Position numbers and translations under genes: made by a program | Notes under the pieces: model-generated | What the model was told of the DNA's origin: nothing | The model's input: only the letters and a program-made list of their open reading frames with translations | Databases searched by the model: none | From: a virus | Reading direction: 5' to 3' (one strand) | IMG/VR virus record: IMGVR_UViG_3300039454_000299 | Location: 1 to 45,805 of that record | Length of the DNA stretch: 45,805 nucleotides | Shown: piece by piece, positions 17,338 through 26,261 of the stretch | How the letters are laid out: each line of letters begins with the position of its first letter | Position numbering within the stretch: the first letter of the stretch is position 1

Positions 17338-20300
17338 TGCCGGACATCTTCGATCAGGCCGCCTCAGAGCCGGCGGCTAGACCGGCGGGGAAACCGGCTC
17401 CGGCCGGAGACATCTTCGATCAGGTCGCGCCCGCGCAAGCAGTCAATCAGCAGCGAGTCCAGCCGCTGACCATGGACCCGAACCAGAAAACCGTGCGCGG
17501 ACTGGTGGCGCCCGGCACCCGGCTGAAGCAGTCGCAAATTCTGCCTTCGCCGCAGGCGGTAGATCAGGGCACGACGAATGTTGCGCAGGCGATGGTGCAG
17601 CCGACAGCGCCGCCGCCGATGCCGTTTCGCGTATTCGTGCCGCCGGGGCTGCGCAGTCCGGACGAGAACCGCGGAGAGCCGCTCCGAGGAAACAGCGATG
17701 CCGACCAGTTGGCCGCATTGCTGCGCTTTCCGTTTGTGGGGACAGGCATCGGGAACATCGCGACGGGTTTCGGCGATATGCAAAAGCCGGGCCTGCGGAA
17801 CAAGGCGGGAGGCGCCTCAGAGATCATCCGCGGCGGACTGGATGTGGCTACCCCGCTCCTACCGGATGCCATAGCCAAGGCGCCGCTCGAGACGATGCTG
17901 ACCATGGGTACCGGCATAGCCGCGCAGGCCGGGACGGAAAAGCTATTGAAGGCCGCGGGTGTGCCGCCGGAATACGCCGCTCTCGGCAGTGATCTGGTCG
18001 CCGTCTTCGGGGCGGGCGGCGCTTATGCCAAATTGCGGGCGCTCTCCAAGCTCCCCTTGGTGGCGGAAGCGAACACCTACGCCGGAAAGTTACGCACGGC
18101 TCTCGAGCGCGCCAAAGACACCAAGCTGTCCGCGAATGACCGAGCGGGAGCGCGGGCGCAGGCCGACTCGCTCATCGAGGGCCTGCGGAAGACCGAGCAG
18201 GGCAAGGCGCCGGCGGTCGCTGTAATCGCCCGGCCGCAGCAAGAAGATATTTTCGATCAAGCCGCAAAATCACAGGAGAAACCGCATGTCACTCAGCCGA
18301 CAACTGGCCGAGGCCAGACCCAAGAAAAGACCGGCAGCGCCCAAGGGCAGCCTGCTGCAGGCATTGAACAACGCCAACCCGGACCGGCCGGGAGCGCATC
18401 CCATACCGCAGCCGGCGCGCCGGCGTCCGCGAACGTAGAACCGAGCGGCACGGAGTGGACCCGCGGCGCCTGGGATATCGAGCCGCTCGAGGAGAAAGTG
18501 CGCAAGATCCGCGCAGTGGATGCCGAGCGGAACCGCGGCCGCGTGGACCGCATCGTGGCGGGCACGCTCGGGCGGCACCAGCTCACCGCCCAGGCCTATG
18601 CGGAGACCAATCCGCAGGCGGGGGCGGTCGAATCCGATCCTGCCTTCAATCCGATGGCGCTCGGCAAACACGAAGGCCGGGAGGTGACCCCGGACCTGAC
18701 GGCCGAGATCTCGCGGCACATGCGCGAGACCCCCGAAAAGCCGCTGGGGGGCGTGGGCCGGTTTTCGGGCGAGGCCGGAGAGGCGCCGCAGCAGTGGATC
18801 GGGCGGCTGATCGACGGGGTGCGCCGGGAGAGCGCCCGGCTCAAGCCGGGCCAAAAGACCCTGATCGTCACGAGCGGGCGCGATATGCAGGCGATCCGCG
18901 CGTGGGCGGCGGCGGGGCGGCAGGGCCACACGGTCGACCAGGATGTGCTCGCGGCCCGGTGGAAGAGCCAGCCGGGCGAGATGATGAATCTCGACCCGCG
19001 CACGGGCAAGATCACCGAAGTCACAACTGCCCAGGAGGGACTGAATTTCGTCCGCCATGCCGAGACCCCGGCCAACAAAAACGAGCATGTGCCGCGGGAG
19101 ATCAGAGAAGAGCGGCGGACCGAAGAGCGGCGCAACTACTACCGCGCGCTGCCGGTGACCGGAATCACGGCGGGCGATGAGCACGCCGGGCCGAACCAGC
19201 GCATCCGGCAGGTGCCGCTCGCGGATCTGGAGCCGACGCAGCCGCGCGAGGAAACGCTCGGGCCGGCCAAAGGGCGGGATGTGGAGCGCTACCGGGAGAT
19301 GCTGCGCGCGGGCTCGGAGCCGCCGCCGCTCGCGGGCGCGTTTAATTCCGAGACCGGCAAAGTGGAGCTGAGCGAAGGGCACCGCCGGTACGAGGCGCTC
19401 AAAGCGGAAGGGCGCACGCATGCGCCGGTGGTGATCGGAGGATTGGGAGAGCCGCCGGTGCGCGGGGCGGGTGGGGGTGAGGCAATCCAAGGGCTCAAAC
19501 CCGGGGAGCCGGGCTGGGTAGGCAACGTGCCGCTATCCCAGCTCACCGTGGATGCGCCGCGGTTTCAGTTCAAGCGCAACGTGGGACAGGGCGGCGCGGG
19601 CGAAGAGTTCCGCGAGGTGCGGCGCTGGGACGCGGAGAAAGCCGGGGTAGTGAGCGTATGGCGCGATCCTCGCGACGGCAAGGATTACATCGTCAACGGG
19701 CATCACCGTTTCGAGATGCGCTCGCGCATTCCGCTCGGGCCCGAAGACGGGCCGGAGAAGACACTCACCGTACGCTACCTCAAAGCGGAGACGGCCGAGC
19801 AGGCGCGCGCCAAGGGCGCGTTCATCAATATCGCCGAAGGGCGGGGCGAGTCGACCGACGCCGCCAAGGTATTCCGCGATTCCGGCATGACCATGGCCGA
19901 CCTCGAACGCGAGGGTGTATCGCTCAAAGGCAAAGTCGCGAGCGAAGGGCTGGCCATTTCGAAGTTGGCGCAGCCGCTGTATGACGGCGTCATGTCGGGC
20001 GAGATTGCCACCGCACGCGGCGCGATCCTCGGGCAGATCGAGAATCCGCAGCAGCAGCTCGCGGTGTGGGACCTGATGAAGCAGCGCGAGCGCGCCGGCA
20101 AACGGCTCACCAACGACCAGGTGGCCGAACTGATCCGGCTGCAGGCGCCGGCGCGGGAGGAGACCCAGGAGAACCTGTTCGGCGTGGAAGAGATGACGCG
20201 CTCGCTATTGCCGGAAAAGGCGGAGGTCTCCGAGTACGTACGCAAGCAGCTGGGCGGCGAAAAGCGGCTGTTTTCGGCGGTAGGGACGCAGGCCGCGGCG

Positions 20301-23300
20301 GAGAAACTGGGCGAGGCGGGAAATGTCATCAAGGCCGATGAGAATGCCAGTACCGCGCAGCGTGCCAGCCAGGCGCAGCTACTTTACGATAAGTACAGCA
20401 CCACCGCGGGGCCGATCGGCACGATGCTCGACCGCGCGGCGGAAAGGATCGCAGATGGAGAAGACCCCAACCGAGTCAAGCAAGAGACCTACCGGCAAAT
20501 CCGGGCCGCCCTCGGGGCCCAAGCCGATAAACTCACCGGAGTTCCGCAAGGAGATGCTGGACGAGTTGAAGGACTGGGCAGCCAAGGGGCACCTGAAACT
20601 GGCCGAGGGGAACGAAATCCGGAAGGCGTAGGCGCGGCGCCTACACCGGAGCCTGCCGGATCCGGGGGCGAGTACGGGCACAGCGCTCAAGACCTGAGCG
20701 TGCCTTTTGACGGCTCCAAACCGCGTAGCAGGGAAGAGACATTCCGGGAGGCGCGATGGGAAGCGGTTCCGCCGCGCCGCGGCGGGCCGCCGGTAATTCG
20801 CATGAACCGCCAGGCGCTCGACGCCATCAACGACGCGCTCGGATCCGCCCGCGGCGGAATACAAATGACAGCGGGGCAGGCCGACGCCTTGGCGGGCATT
20901 CTGGAAGGCCACGCGCGGCGGCTGGAGGAAGGCGGGGAACTATCGCCGGAAACCGCCCGGCATCTCCGCGCAATGGCGAGTGCCATTCGGTCCCATGGCG
21001 CCTCGCATGGCGCGGCGATATACCTTGCGGACGGAAGCATACCGCTCACGAGGCGCGGTCAAATTTTGATGGAAGAGCACGTGCACTCTGAGCAGGCCAA
21101 GCTCGGTGAAGACTTGCCGGCGGGTCCGGAGAGGGACAAAAAGGCCGCCAGAGTTCTTGCGGCGGTGGTGCAACATCCGGCCTTTTCCAAAGCGAGCGCC
21201 GCGCTCAGGACCGATCCGCTGTACCGCAACTTAGGGGCTCGAGAGATCGCGAACGAGATCACGGCGAAGCTGATAGCAGGAAGGCGCGGCGAAACGGGGC
21301 TGTCCCTTTCCGAGGGATGGAGCATACTGCGGAACTATTTCAGCGCGATCCGAAATGAATATGGAACAGAAGCTGCCAAAAGGATGACGCGCTATGCTGA
21401 CAATGAAAGGATAATTGAACGCCGTGCCGAAAGAGACCGAAGAGTTCAGGCCAAAATTCAGCGGACCTCCCTTGAAACCGGGACCGATGGAAAGCGCGTA
21501 CCTAGCCTGGGAGAAGGGCGGGGACGCAGGTCTTCTCAAACACCTTCTGAAGGTGGAGAGGTTGTGGAAGGCGAAGACCCGCCGAGCGCAACCCTCGACG
21601 TCTCCGGAAATGACGCCGCCCCCCAATCGCAAGTAGGCCCGCAACGCGACGCGGATAAACTCCGCGATCAGCAGAATCTACTCTTCCCCTCAGCTACCCT
21701 GCACGGCGGTATTCCACTCGACGTTGTCGGCGCCATCTTCAAGGCCGACATGCGCGAGATGCTCGAGCTGAAGGCCAAGCGGGACGCGGCGCGCGAGGCA
21801 CTCGAAAAATCCAAAGAGACGCCCGAGGACAAACGATTCGGCGCGAAGGTGCTCGCCTATTTCACCGGCGAGCGCGACGTGTGGGGGGCGCGCGTCAACC
21901 AGGTGATGGCGCGGCTGCGCAAGCTGGTGCCGGACGCGGTGGAGCAGGAAGCGCTGTCACTGATGCGCGACTTCAAGGGGCGCGAACAGGAGCTGACCCA
22001 GTTCCTGCAAGGCACACACCCGGCGCTGTTCGAGCAGGACGAGAATACACCTTTGCTGCGGGGGAGCCCCGGCTCGGGATATGCCGCGGCCATGGAGCAG
22101 ATCGCGAAAATGCGCCCCGCGATCCTGAAGGCTCTCAACCCCACGCCGCGCATGCTCGAGGCCGACCAGGCCCTGACGCGGATCGCGGCGGGCACGCTCA
22201 AAGAAGGCCAGCGGCTGGGCTTCCTCGATTCGCGCTGGACGGAGGAGCAGTACAATCCGCACATCCTCAACCGCAAGGGCGAGGGGGAATTCGCGACGCC
22301 CGCGCGCGACCGCTGGGGCAAGGCGCTGGGCGGGAAGGTCGGCAAGTATTTCGGGTTCGCGGAACGGCGCGAGTATCCCTCGCTATTGCACGCGGTGGCC
22401 GAAGGGCTGCGGCCGAAGACGCTGAACGCCTTCGACGCGTTCACCATTCATGGGGATAACTTCGCGACCGCGCGCGCCACACACCTGCTCGAGAAGCAGC
22501 TCGCCGAGACGGGCGTAGGCCGGTATGCGGCGCAGGGGCGGGCGCCCAAAGGCTGGGTGCGGCTGGCCCCGCATTCGAACGAATTCCGCAAGCTGGTGCC
22601 GTATCTGCGCGAAGGTCCGCCAGGCGGGAGCGCCGAGGCGGCGGCGGAAGTGGCGGCGCGCAAGATTGCCGGCATGCGCGCGGGCCAAAGCTACCACGAG
22701 GTCTCCGCGGCCGAGCAGGAGCGCGTAAGCGCGCTGATGGACGGCAAGACCGTGGAGCCGGATGTGGCGGAGCTCGGTCTGTGGGTGCCGCCGCACGTAG
22801 AAAAGGCGCTGCGGCCGGTTACGGATCCGGACTACCTCGGCCGGATTCCCGCATTCAAATGGATGCGCCACACCCAGAGTTATCAGAAGGCCGTGCAGTT
22901 GGGCCTTTCCATGTTTCATGCCGCGAGCGAGAACTACATGGCGCTAGCCAACATGGGACCGAAGGGCTGGGCCAAGGCGCTCAAGGCGGATGCGTTCGAT
23001 CCGGAGTTTGAGAAGGCGGAGCGCGACTTCATCGCGCACGGCGGCACCACCGCGATCCAGGGCAAGACGGTGGAAGCGTACAAAGCGCTCGAGCCGGGCT
23101 CGATCCCGTCCTGGACGGATATCTGGCGCAAAGCGCCGGTGATTCACCAGGCGGACGAACTGGCCGGCAAGATCACCGAGTTCACGTTCGGCAAGCTGCA
23201 GCGGCAGTTCAAGGTGACCGATTATCAGCTGCACATGGCGGCCTGGATGGCGGAGCATCCGGGGGCCACCACGGCGGAAGTGACCGCGGCCAAGGCATCC

Positions 23301-24086
23301 GTGGCCAAAGAGATCAATGCCGTGTATGGAGGGTTGCATACCGAGCTGCTGGGGATGAACCGGGCCACCACGGAGGTGGCGCGGGCGCTGTTGCTCGCGC
23401 CCGATTGGACCTTCTCGAACGTGTTCAACGTGAAGTATGCGCTCGAGCGCGGGACCGAAGGCGGGAAGCTGGCGCGCATGTTCTGGATCCGGCAACTGGC
23501 GGGCGGGGCGATCGCGACCCAGCTATTGAGCCTGGCGCTCTCCAAGCGGCTCTCGCCCAATCCCACGCAGGTGTATTTCGGCAAAGACAAAGAGGGCCAG
23601 GACATTTACCAGAACGTCTTTTTCAAGGGCGCGGCGGGCGACGCCATCAACCTGGTGCATAACGTATACGACTACGGCGCCGTGGAGGGCCTGGCGCGGA
23701 CGCTGCAGGCGAAGAGCGCGGGCCTGGTGCGCACCGGAGTGCAGGCGCTGACTAACCGCGATTACCTGGGGCACACGGTGGTATCGAAGGATCTGAACCC
23801 GATCGCGGCCACCGTCCGCGGGGCCTACAAGATCGGGGAGTCGCTGGCGCCGGTTCCGTTCTCGGTGGCGAACCTGAAGAACATGCTGATCGGGCCGCAT
23901 GCCGACGACTATACGGTTCCGGAATTTCTGACCACCTTCGTGGCGGGCAATCCGCCGCGGCATGAGCCGCCGCCCGGCTTCCGCATGGGCGAGGACGGTC
24001 TGGAGGAGGCGCCGGAGCCGGGGGAAGACGAGAACTCGATCTGGCGACAGATGCTGACGAACAAGCGATACGGGGGGACTCATTAG
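17337..24086 (+). CDS. Giant polyvalent virion protein (2,249 aa) with two ParB/Srx-like domains.
   Basis: TAATG overlap with the upstream gene. ParB-like motifs are VPLADLEPTQ...SEGHRRYEAL (nt ~19200..19436) and VPLSQLTVDAPRFQFKR...IVNGHHRFEM (nt ~19518..19727). DIFDQ occurs three times. It occupies the position of a T7 gp16-type core protein. Confidence 0.8.
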   Translation: MPDIFDQAASEPAARPAGKPAPAGDIFDQVAPAQAVNQQRVQPLTMDPNQKTVRGLVAPGTRLKQSQILPSPQAVDQGTTNVAQAMVQPTAPPPMPFRVFVPPGLRSPDENRGEPLRGNSDADQLAALLRFPFVGTGIGNIATGFGDMQKPGLRNKAGGASEIIRGGLDVATPLLPDAIAKAPLETMLTMGTGIAAQAGTEKLLKAAGVPPEYAALGSDLVAVFGAGGAYAKLRALSKLPLVAEANTYAGKLRTALERAKDTKLSANDRAGARAQADSLIEGLRKTEQGKAPAVAVIARPQQEDIFDQAAKSQEKPHVTQPTTGRGQTQEKTGSAQGQPAAGIEQRQPGPAGSASHTAAGAPASANVEPSGTEWTRGAWDIEPLEEKVRKIRAVDAERNRGRVDRIVAGTLGRHQLTAQAYAETNPQAGAVESDPAFNPMALGKHEGREVTPDLTAEISRHMRETPEKPLGGVGRFSGEAGEAPQQWIGRLIDGVRRESARLKPGQKTLIVTSGRDMQAIRAWAAAGRQGHTVDQDVLAARWKSQPGEMMNLDPRTGKITEVTTAQEGLNFVRHAETPANKNEHVPREIREERRTEERRNYYRALPVTGITAGDEHAGPNQRIRQVPLADLEPTQPREETLGPAKGRDVERYREMLRAGSEPPPLAGAFNSETGKVELSEGHRRYEALKAEGRTHAPVVIGGLGEPPVRGAGGGEAIQGLKPGEPGWVGNVPLSQLTVDAPRFQFKRNVGQGGAGEEFREVRRWDAEKAGVVSVWRDPRDGKDYIVNGHHRFEMRSRIPLGPEDGPEKTLTVRYLKAETAEQARAKGAFINIAEGRGESTDAAKVFRDSGMTMADLEREGVSLKGKVASEGLAISKLAQPLYDGVMSGEIATARGAILGQIENPQQQLAVWDLMKQRERAGKRLTNDQVAELIRLQAPAREETQENLFGVEEMTRSLLPEKAEVSEYVRKQLGGEKRLFSAVGTQAAAEKLGEAGNVIKADENASTAQRASQAQLLYDKYSTTAGPIGTMLDRAAERIADGEDPNRVKQETYRQIRAALGAQADKLTGVPQGDAGRVEGLGSQGAPETGRGERNPEGVGAAPTPEPAGSGGEYGHSAQDLSVPFDGSKPRSREETFREARWEAVPPRRGGPPVIRMNRQALDAINDALGSARGGIQMTAGQADALAGILEGHARRLEEGGELSPETARHLRAMASAIRSHGASHGAAIYLADGSIPLTRRGQILMEEHVHSEQAKLGEDLPAGPERDKKAARVLAAVVQHPAFSKASAALRTDPLYRNLGAREIANEITAKLIAGRRGETGLSLSEGWSILRNYFSAIRNEYGTEAAKRMTRYADNERIIERRAERDRRVQAKIQRTSLETGTDGKRVPSLGEGRGRRSSQTPSEGGEVVEGEDPPSATLDVSGNDAAPQSQVGPQRDADKLRDQQNLLFPSATLHGGIPLDVVGAIFKADMREMLELKAKRDAAREALEKSKETPEDKRFGAKVLAYFTGERDVWGARVNQVMARLRKLVPDAVEQEALSLMRDFKGREQELTQFLQGTHPALFEQDENTPLLRGSPGSGYAAAMEQIAKMRPAILKALNPTPRMLEADQALTRIAAGTLKEGQRLGFLDSRWTEEQYNPHILNRKGEGEFATPARDRWGKALGGKVGKYFGFAERREYPSLLHAVAEGLRPKTLNAFDAFTIHGDNFATARATHLLEKQLAETGVGRYAAQGRAPKGWVRLAPHSNEFRKLVPYLREGPPGGSAEAAAEVAARKIAGMRAGQSYHEVSAAEQERVSALMDGKTVEPDVAELGLWVPPHVEKALRPVTDPDYLGRIPAFKWMRHTQSYQKAVQLGLSMFHAASENYMALANMGPKGWAKALKADAFDPEFEKAERDFIAHGGTTAIQGKTVEAYKALEPGSIPSWTDIWRKAPVIHQADELAGKITEFTFGKLQRQFKVTDYQLHMAAWMAEHPGATTAEVTAAKASVAKEINAVYGGLHTELLGMNRATTEVARALLLAPDWTFSNVFNVKYALERGTEGGKLARMFWIRQLAGGAIATQLLSLALSKRLSPNPTQVYFGKDKEGQDIYQNVFFKGAAGDAINLVHNVYDYGAVEGLARTLQAKSAGLVRTGVQALTNRDYLGHTVVSKDLNPIAATVRGAYKIGESLAPVPFSVANLKNMLIGPHADDYTVPEFLTTFVAGNPPRHEPPPGFRMGEDGLEEAPEPGEDENSIWRQMLTNKRYGGTH

Positions 24087-24097
24087 GAGTTTGGGCG

Positions 24098-24340
24098 ATG
24101 TATTGGACTGTGGTCATCAGCGGCCTGGCCGTTGGCGGGCAGCTGCTCAACGTAATCCTGAATCTGAAACTCCGGGCGGCAGTGCTCGAGAGTGAACAGC
24201 GGGTGCTCGAGAAGGTGGAGCGCAAGTATCACTCGAAGGAGGCCTGCGAGGGAGAGCGCAAGGCCATGGAGCAGCGGCTTGAGCTGCTGACACTGAGCCC
24301 GGTGATGCTGGGGAAGAACCGACCGGGGAAGAGCAGGTGA
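24098..24340 (+). CDS. Small membrane protein (80 aa): one N-terminal TM helix plus a coiled coil. Holin- or spanin-like candidate.
   Basis: AGGAG lies 8 nt upstream. WTVVISGLAVGGQLLNVILNL is a hydrophobic helix. It sits at the end of the late operon. Confidence 0.55.
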   Translation: MYWTVVISGLAVGGQLLNVILNLKLRAAVLESEQRVLEKVERKYHSKEACEGERKAMEQRLELLTLSPVMLGKNRPGKSR

Positions 24341-24456
24341 GGCGCGGCGCGCGGCGGGCGCGGTATTGGGTGGTGGAGCCGGAGGGGGAGCTGTACGAGC
24401 TCGTGAGCTGGGATCTGTGCGGCGGGCGTCGTTCACAAACTCCGCAGTCGTACTAA
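24337..24456 (+). CDS. Possible 39-aa ORF translationally coupled (GTGA) to the membrane protein gene.
   Basis: GTG 24337 overlaps TGA 24338..24340. Too short to evaluate by composition. Confidence 0.25.
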   Translation: MRRGARRARYWVVEPEGELYELVSWDLCGGRRSQTPQSY

Positions 24457-24493
24457 GTAGATCTGCCTTAACGAAATCAGCGCTTCAGCGTAT

Positions 24494-24522
24494 TTGAATA
24501 GTATCATTCCGTGATATCATTC
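24494..24522 (+). promoter_or_regulatory. hicAB promoter/operator: TTGAAT (-35-like), two direct TATCATTCC repeats, and TATCAT (-10-like) 6 nt before GTG 24527.
   Basis: TATCATTCC occurs at 24502..24510 and 24514..24522. The -10-like hexamer is 24515..24520. No Shine-Dalgarno is present (leaderless-type). Confidence 0.4.
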
Positions 24523-24526
24523 CCCT

Positions 24527-24787
24527 GTGGACAAGCACCAGCGAACGCTGGAAGCGATTTTTGAAAAACAAGCAAATATCCCATGGTCGGAAATAGAGAG
24601 AATGCTAAAGAGCTTCGGCGCCGAGATCAGCGAGGGCCGGGGGTCGAGAGTGCGTATCGCGCTGAACGGGGTGCGCGCCGTGTTTCACCGGCCCCATCCG
24701 CAGAAGGAGACGGACCGGGGCGCAGTGGCTTCGATGAGACGCTATTTGGCGGAAGCAGGGTTCAAGCCGGAGGGTTTCCAACGATGA
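24527..24787 (+). CDS. hicA: Type II toxin HicA-family mRNA interferase.
   Basis: RTLEAIF...IPWSEIERMLKSFGAEISEGRGSRVRIALNGVRAVFHRPHPQKETDRGAVASMRRYL matches the HicA-family pattern as I remember it. It is paired with HicB through an ATGA overlap. Confidence 0.85.
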   Translation: MDKHQRTLEAIFEKQANIPWSEIERMLKSFGAEISEGRGSRVRIALNGVRAVFHRPHPQKETDRGAVASMRRYLAEAGFKPEGFQR

Positions 24788-25122
24788 ATTACAAGGGATA
24801 TGAGGCCGTAATCGATTTGGATGAGCACGCCGGTATTCTTCATGGAGAGGTGATCAACACCCGTGACGTGATCACGTTCCAGGGAAAATCCGTGAAGGAG
24901 CTGAAACGAGCTTTCGAAGGTTCGGTGGAGGATTACCTGGAATTCTGCGCTTCCCGGAACGAGGAGCCGGAAAAGCCGTTCTCGGGAAAGCTGATCGTCC
25001 GCATGTCTCCAGATCTGCATCGTCAAATTGCACTCGAAGCCCGGCGTCTAGGACAGAGCCTGAACTCGTACATCGTCGGCCGCTTAAAGGGGAATGCGCT
25101 TAAGGCCAAATCCGCCTCCTAG
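24784..25122 (+). CDS. hicB: Type II antitoxin HicB family, with a C-terminal ribbon-helix-helix-like DNA-binding region.
   Basis: MNYKGYEAVIDLDEHAGILHGEVINTRDVITFQGKSVKELKRAFEGSVEDYLEFCASRNEEPEKPFSGKLIVRMSPDLHRQIALEA is typical HicB architecture. Confidence 0.85.
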   Translation: MNYKGYEAVIDLDEHAGILHGEVINTRDVITFQGKSVKELKRAFEGSVEDYLEFCASRNEEPEKPFSGKLIVRMSPDLHRQIALEARRLGQSLNSYIVGRLKGNALKAKSAS

Positions 25123-25261
25123 CTGCTCAACCACGTGCCGGGCTGTTCGCGCTACGCGGGATCGAGATCGGCGGCAAGTCGGGGAGATAAGCGGCGCACC
25201 GCGCGCTGCCACAAAACAGGCACGCCGCAAGTGATGGGTCGCTAGAGGTTCTAGCGCTCTG

Positions 25262-25654
25262 CTACTGCACCTTGGGCGGTTCCACTTCGACCGATTGGCC
25301 GCAGTGGCGGCAAACGAACAGCAACAGTTCGTCCATAGGGGTGGGGTGCGGCGCGCCGCAATGCGGGCACCGGACGGACTGGCCGGTCTTGGGCGGCAGG
25401 AAGACGCGATTCCGGGCGCGCTCTTTCACTTCCGGGTCAAGCGATTTGGCGTAGGCGCTCTGGGGGTAAAAGTGCGCGATCGCTTCTTGCAGCCAAGGAA
25501 CAATCTCGCTGAACGACCTGACATTCTCTTCGGCCTCGAACCCGTTCATCTCGTCGCCGAGCCGCACGTCGATTCCGCCGTCCCATAGCCAACTGATCTG
25601 GACGTTGATTTCGCTGTCGTAGATACGCAGCAGTTCGACGGCTAGATCGGCCAT
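25262..25654 (-). CDS. Hypothetical protein (130 aa) with a C-terminal zinc ribbon (CPHC...CRHC).
   Basis: I chose the start at MADLAVELL. Upstream of it the track ORF is Ser/Arg-rich filler. Confidence 0.6.
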   Translation of the reverse strand: MADLAVELLRIYDSEINVQISWLWDGGIDVRLGDEMNGFEAEENVRSFSEIVPWLQEAIAHFYPQSAYAKSLDPEVKERARNRVFLPPKTGQSVRCPHCGAPHPTPMDELLLFVCRHCGQSVEVEPPKVQ

Positions 25655-25670
25655 GCGTCTTTCCGCTTCA

Positions 25671-26006
25671 TCATCGGGCCTTCTCCCAGAGGATGACCCA
25701 AACCGGGAGAGCGATGATCCCGGCGACAAACATGGCAGTGAATTGGCAAAACGAGAGTGCGGGAAGAGAGATGCCGCAGTCGTAGCCGTGATTGACTAGA
25801 GTCCAGGCAAGAAGCAGCGGTGTGAGGAGAAGCCAAAGGACTCCGGCGGCCCAATATGGCCAGGAGGGTTGGGACGGCGGAGGGCCCTCGGGGGCGGACC
25901 ACACAGTGACATAGCCGCCCTCGGTGGACTCGACAACGCGCGCGGTCCAGCCGGGCTCCGGCTTCCAATCGGGATCGAGCGGGAAGGTTTTGATAAACGG
26001 GATCAC
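25671..26006 (-). CDS. Membrane protein (111 aa) with two C-terminal TM helices.
   Basis: GTG 26006 overlaps TGA 26005..26003 of the upstream 48-aa gene (GTGA). WAAGVLWLLLTPLLLAW and FTAMFVAGIIALPVWVILW are hydrophobic helices. Confidence 0.55.
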   Translation of the reverse strand: MIPFIKTFPLDPDWKPEPGWTARVVESTEGGYVTVWSAPEGPPPSQPSWPYWAAGVLWLLLTPLLLAWTLVNHGYDCGISLPALSFCQFTAMFVAGIIALPVWVILWEKAR

Positions 26007-26149
26007 GAACCCGTTCGCCCCGATGAAGCGGCCGCCTTCCACCGCGCGCGCGCTGCTTTGCGCGCAATCTCGGTGCGCTGCTCGGGAGTGAGTTTGCGGT
26101 TGCGCATGGCCGTCAGCGCTTGAGCCATCGCGTTCTTTTTCTTTGCCAT
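26003..26149 (-). CDS. Small basic protein (48 aa) with a KLTPEQRTEIARKAARARW motif. Candidate switch regulator.
   Basis: Absent from the ORF track (under 60 aa). ATG 26149 was translated by hand: MAKKKNAMAQALTAMRNRKLTPEQRTEIARKAARARWKAAASSGRTGS. It sits next to the operator cluster. Confidence 0.5.
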   Translation of the reverse strand: MAKKKNAMAQALTAMRNRKLTPEQRTEIARKAARARWKAAASSGRTGS

Positions 26150-26171
26150 CCTGATCAATGATCATAGCTCA

Positions 26172-26241
26172 CGAAAGCATACTCATGCTTTCGATAGTAT
26201 CATGCTTTCGGAAGCATTGACACACATGCTCTCGAAAGCAT
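26172..26241. promoter_or_regulatory. Operator cluster: six ATGCTTTCG-type half-sites forming three inverted repeats between divergent TATGAT -10 boxes.
   Basis: IR1 CGAAAGCAT-ACTC-ATGCTTTCG at 26172..26193. IR2 ATGCTTTCGGAAGCAT at 26202..26217. IR3 ATGCTCTCGAAAGCAT at 26226..26241. TATGAT is at 26241..26246 (+) and 26166..26161 (-). Confidence 0.6.
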
Positions 26242-26261
26242 ATGATTGGCTAGGGGCAAGT

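Noticed and set aside
18855-19080. Histidine-phosphatase (PGAM-like) domain in the giant protein, suggested by LNFVRHAET and TLIVTSGRDMQAIRAW.
   Set aside because: The two motifs are in the wrong order for that fold, and the sequence after RHAET does not continue like the family. The resemblance is probably chance.
9318-24086. Treating the 1,414-aa or 2,249-aa ORF as a tape measure protein of a long-tailed phage.
   Set aside because: No tail tube, sheath, tail-assembly chaperone frameshift pair or baseplate genes are present. The gene order matches short-tailed phages with internal core proteins.
26202-26261. ATG 26202 as the start of the 248-aa track ORF (MLSEALTHMLSKAYDWLGAS...).
   Set aside because: These 20 codons are made entirely of the ATGCTTTCG-type operator repeats and the TATGAT box. 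ATG 26262 (MAITYEY) is the more plausible start.
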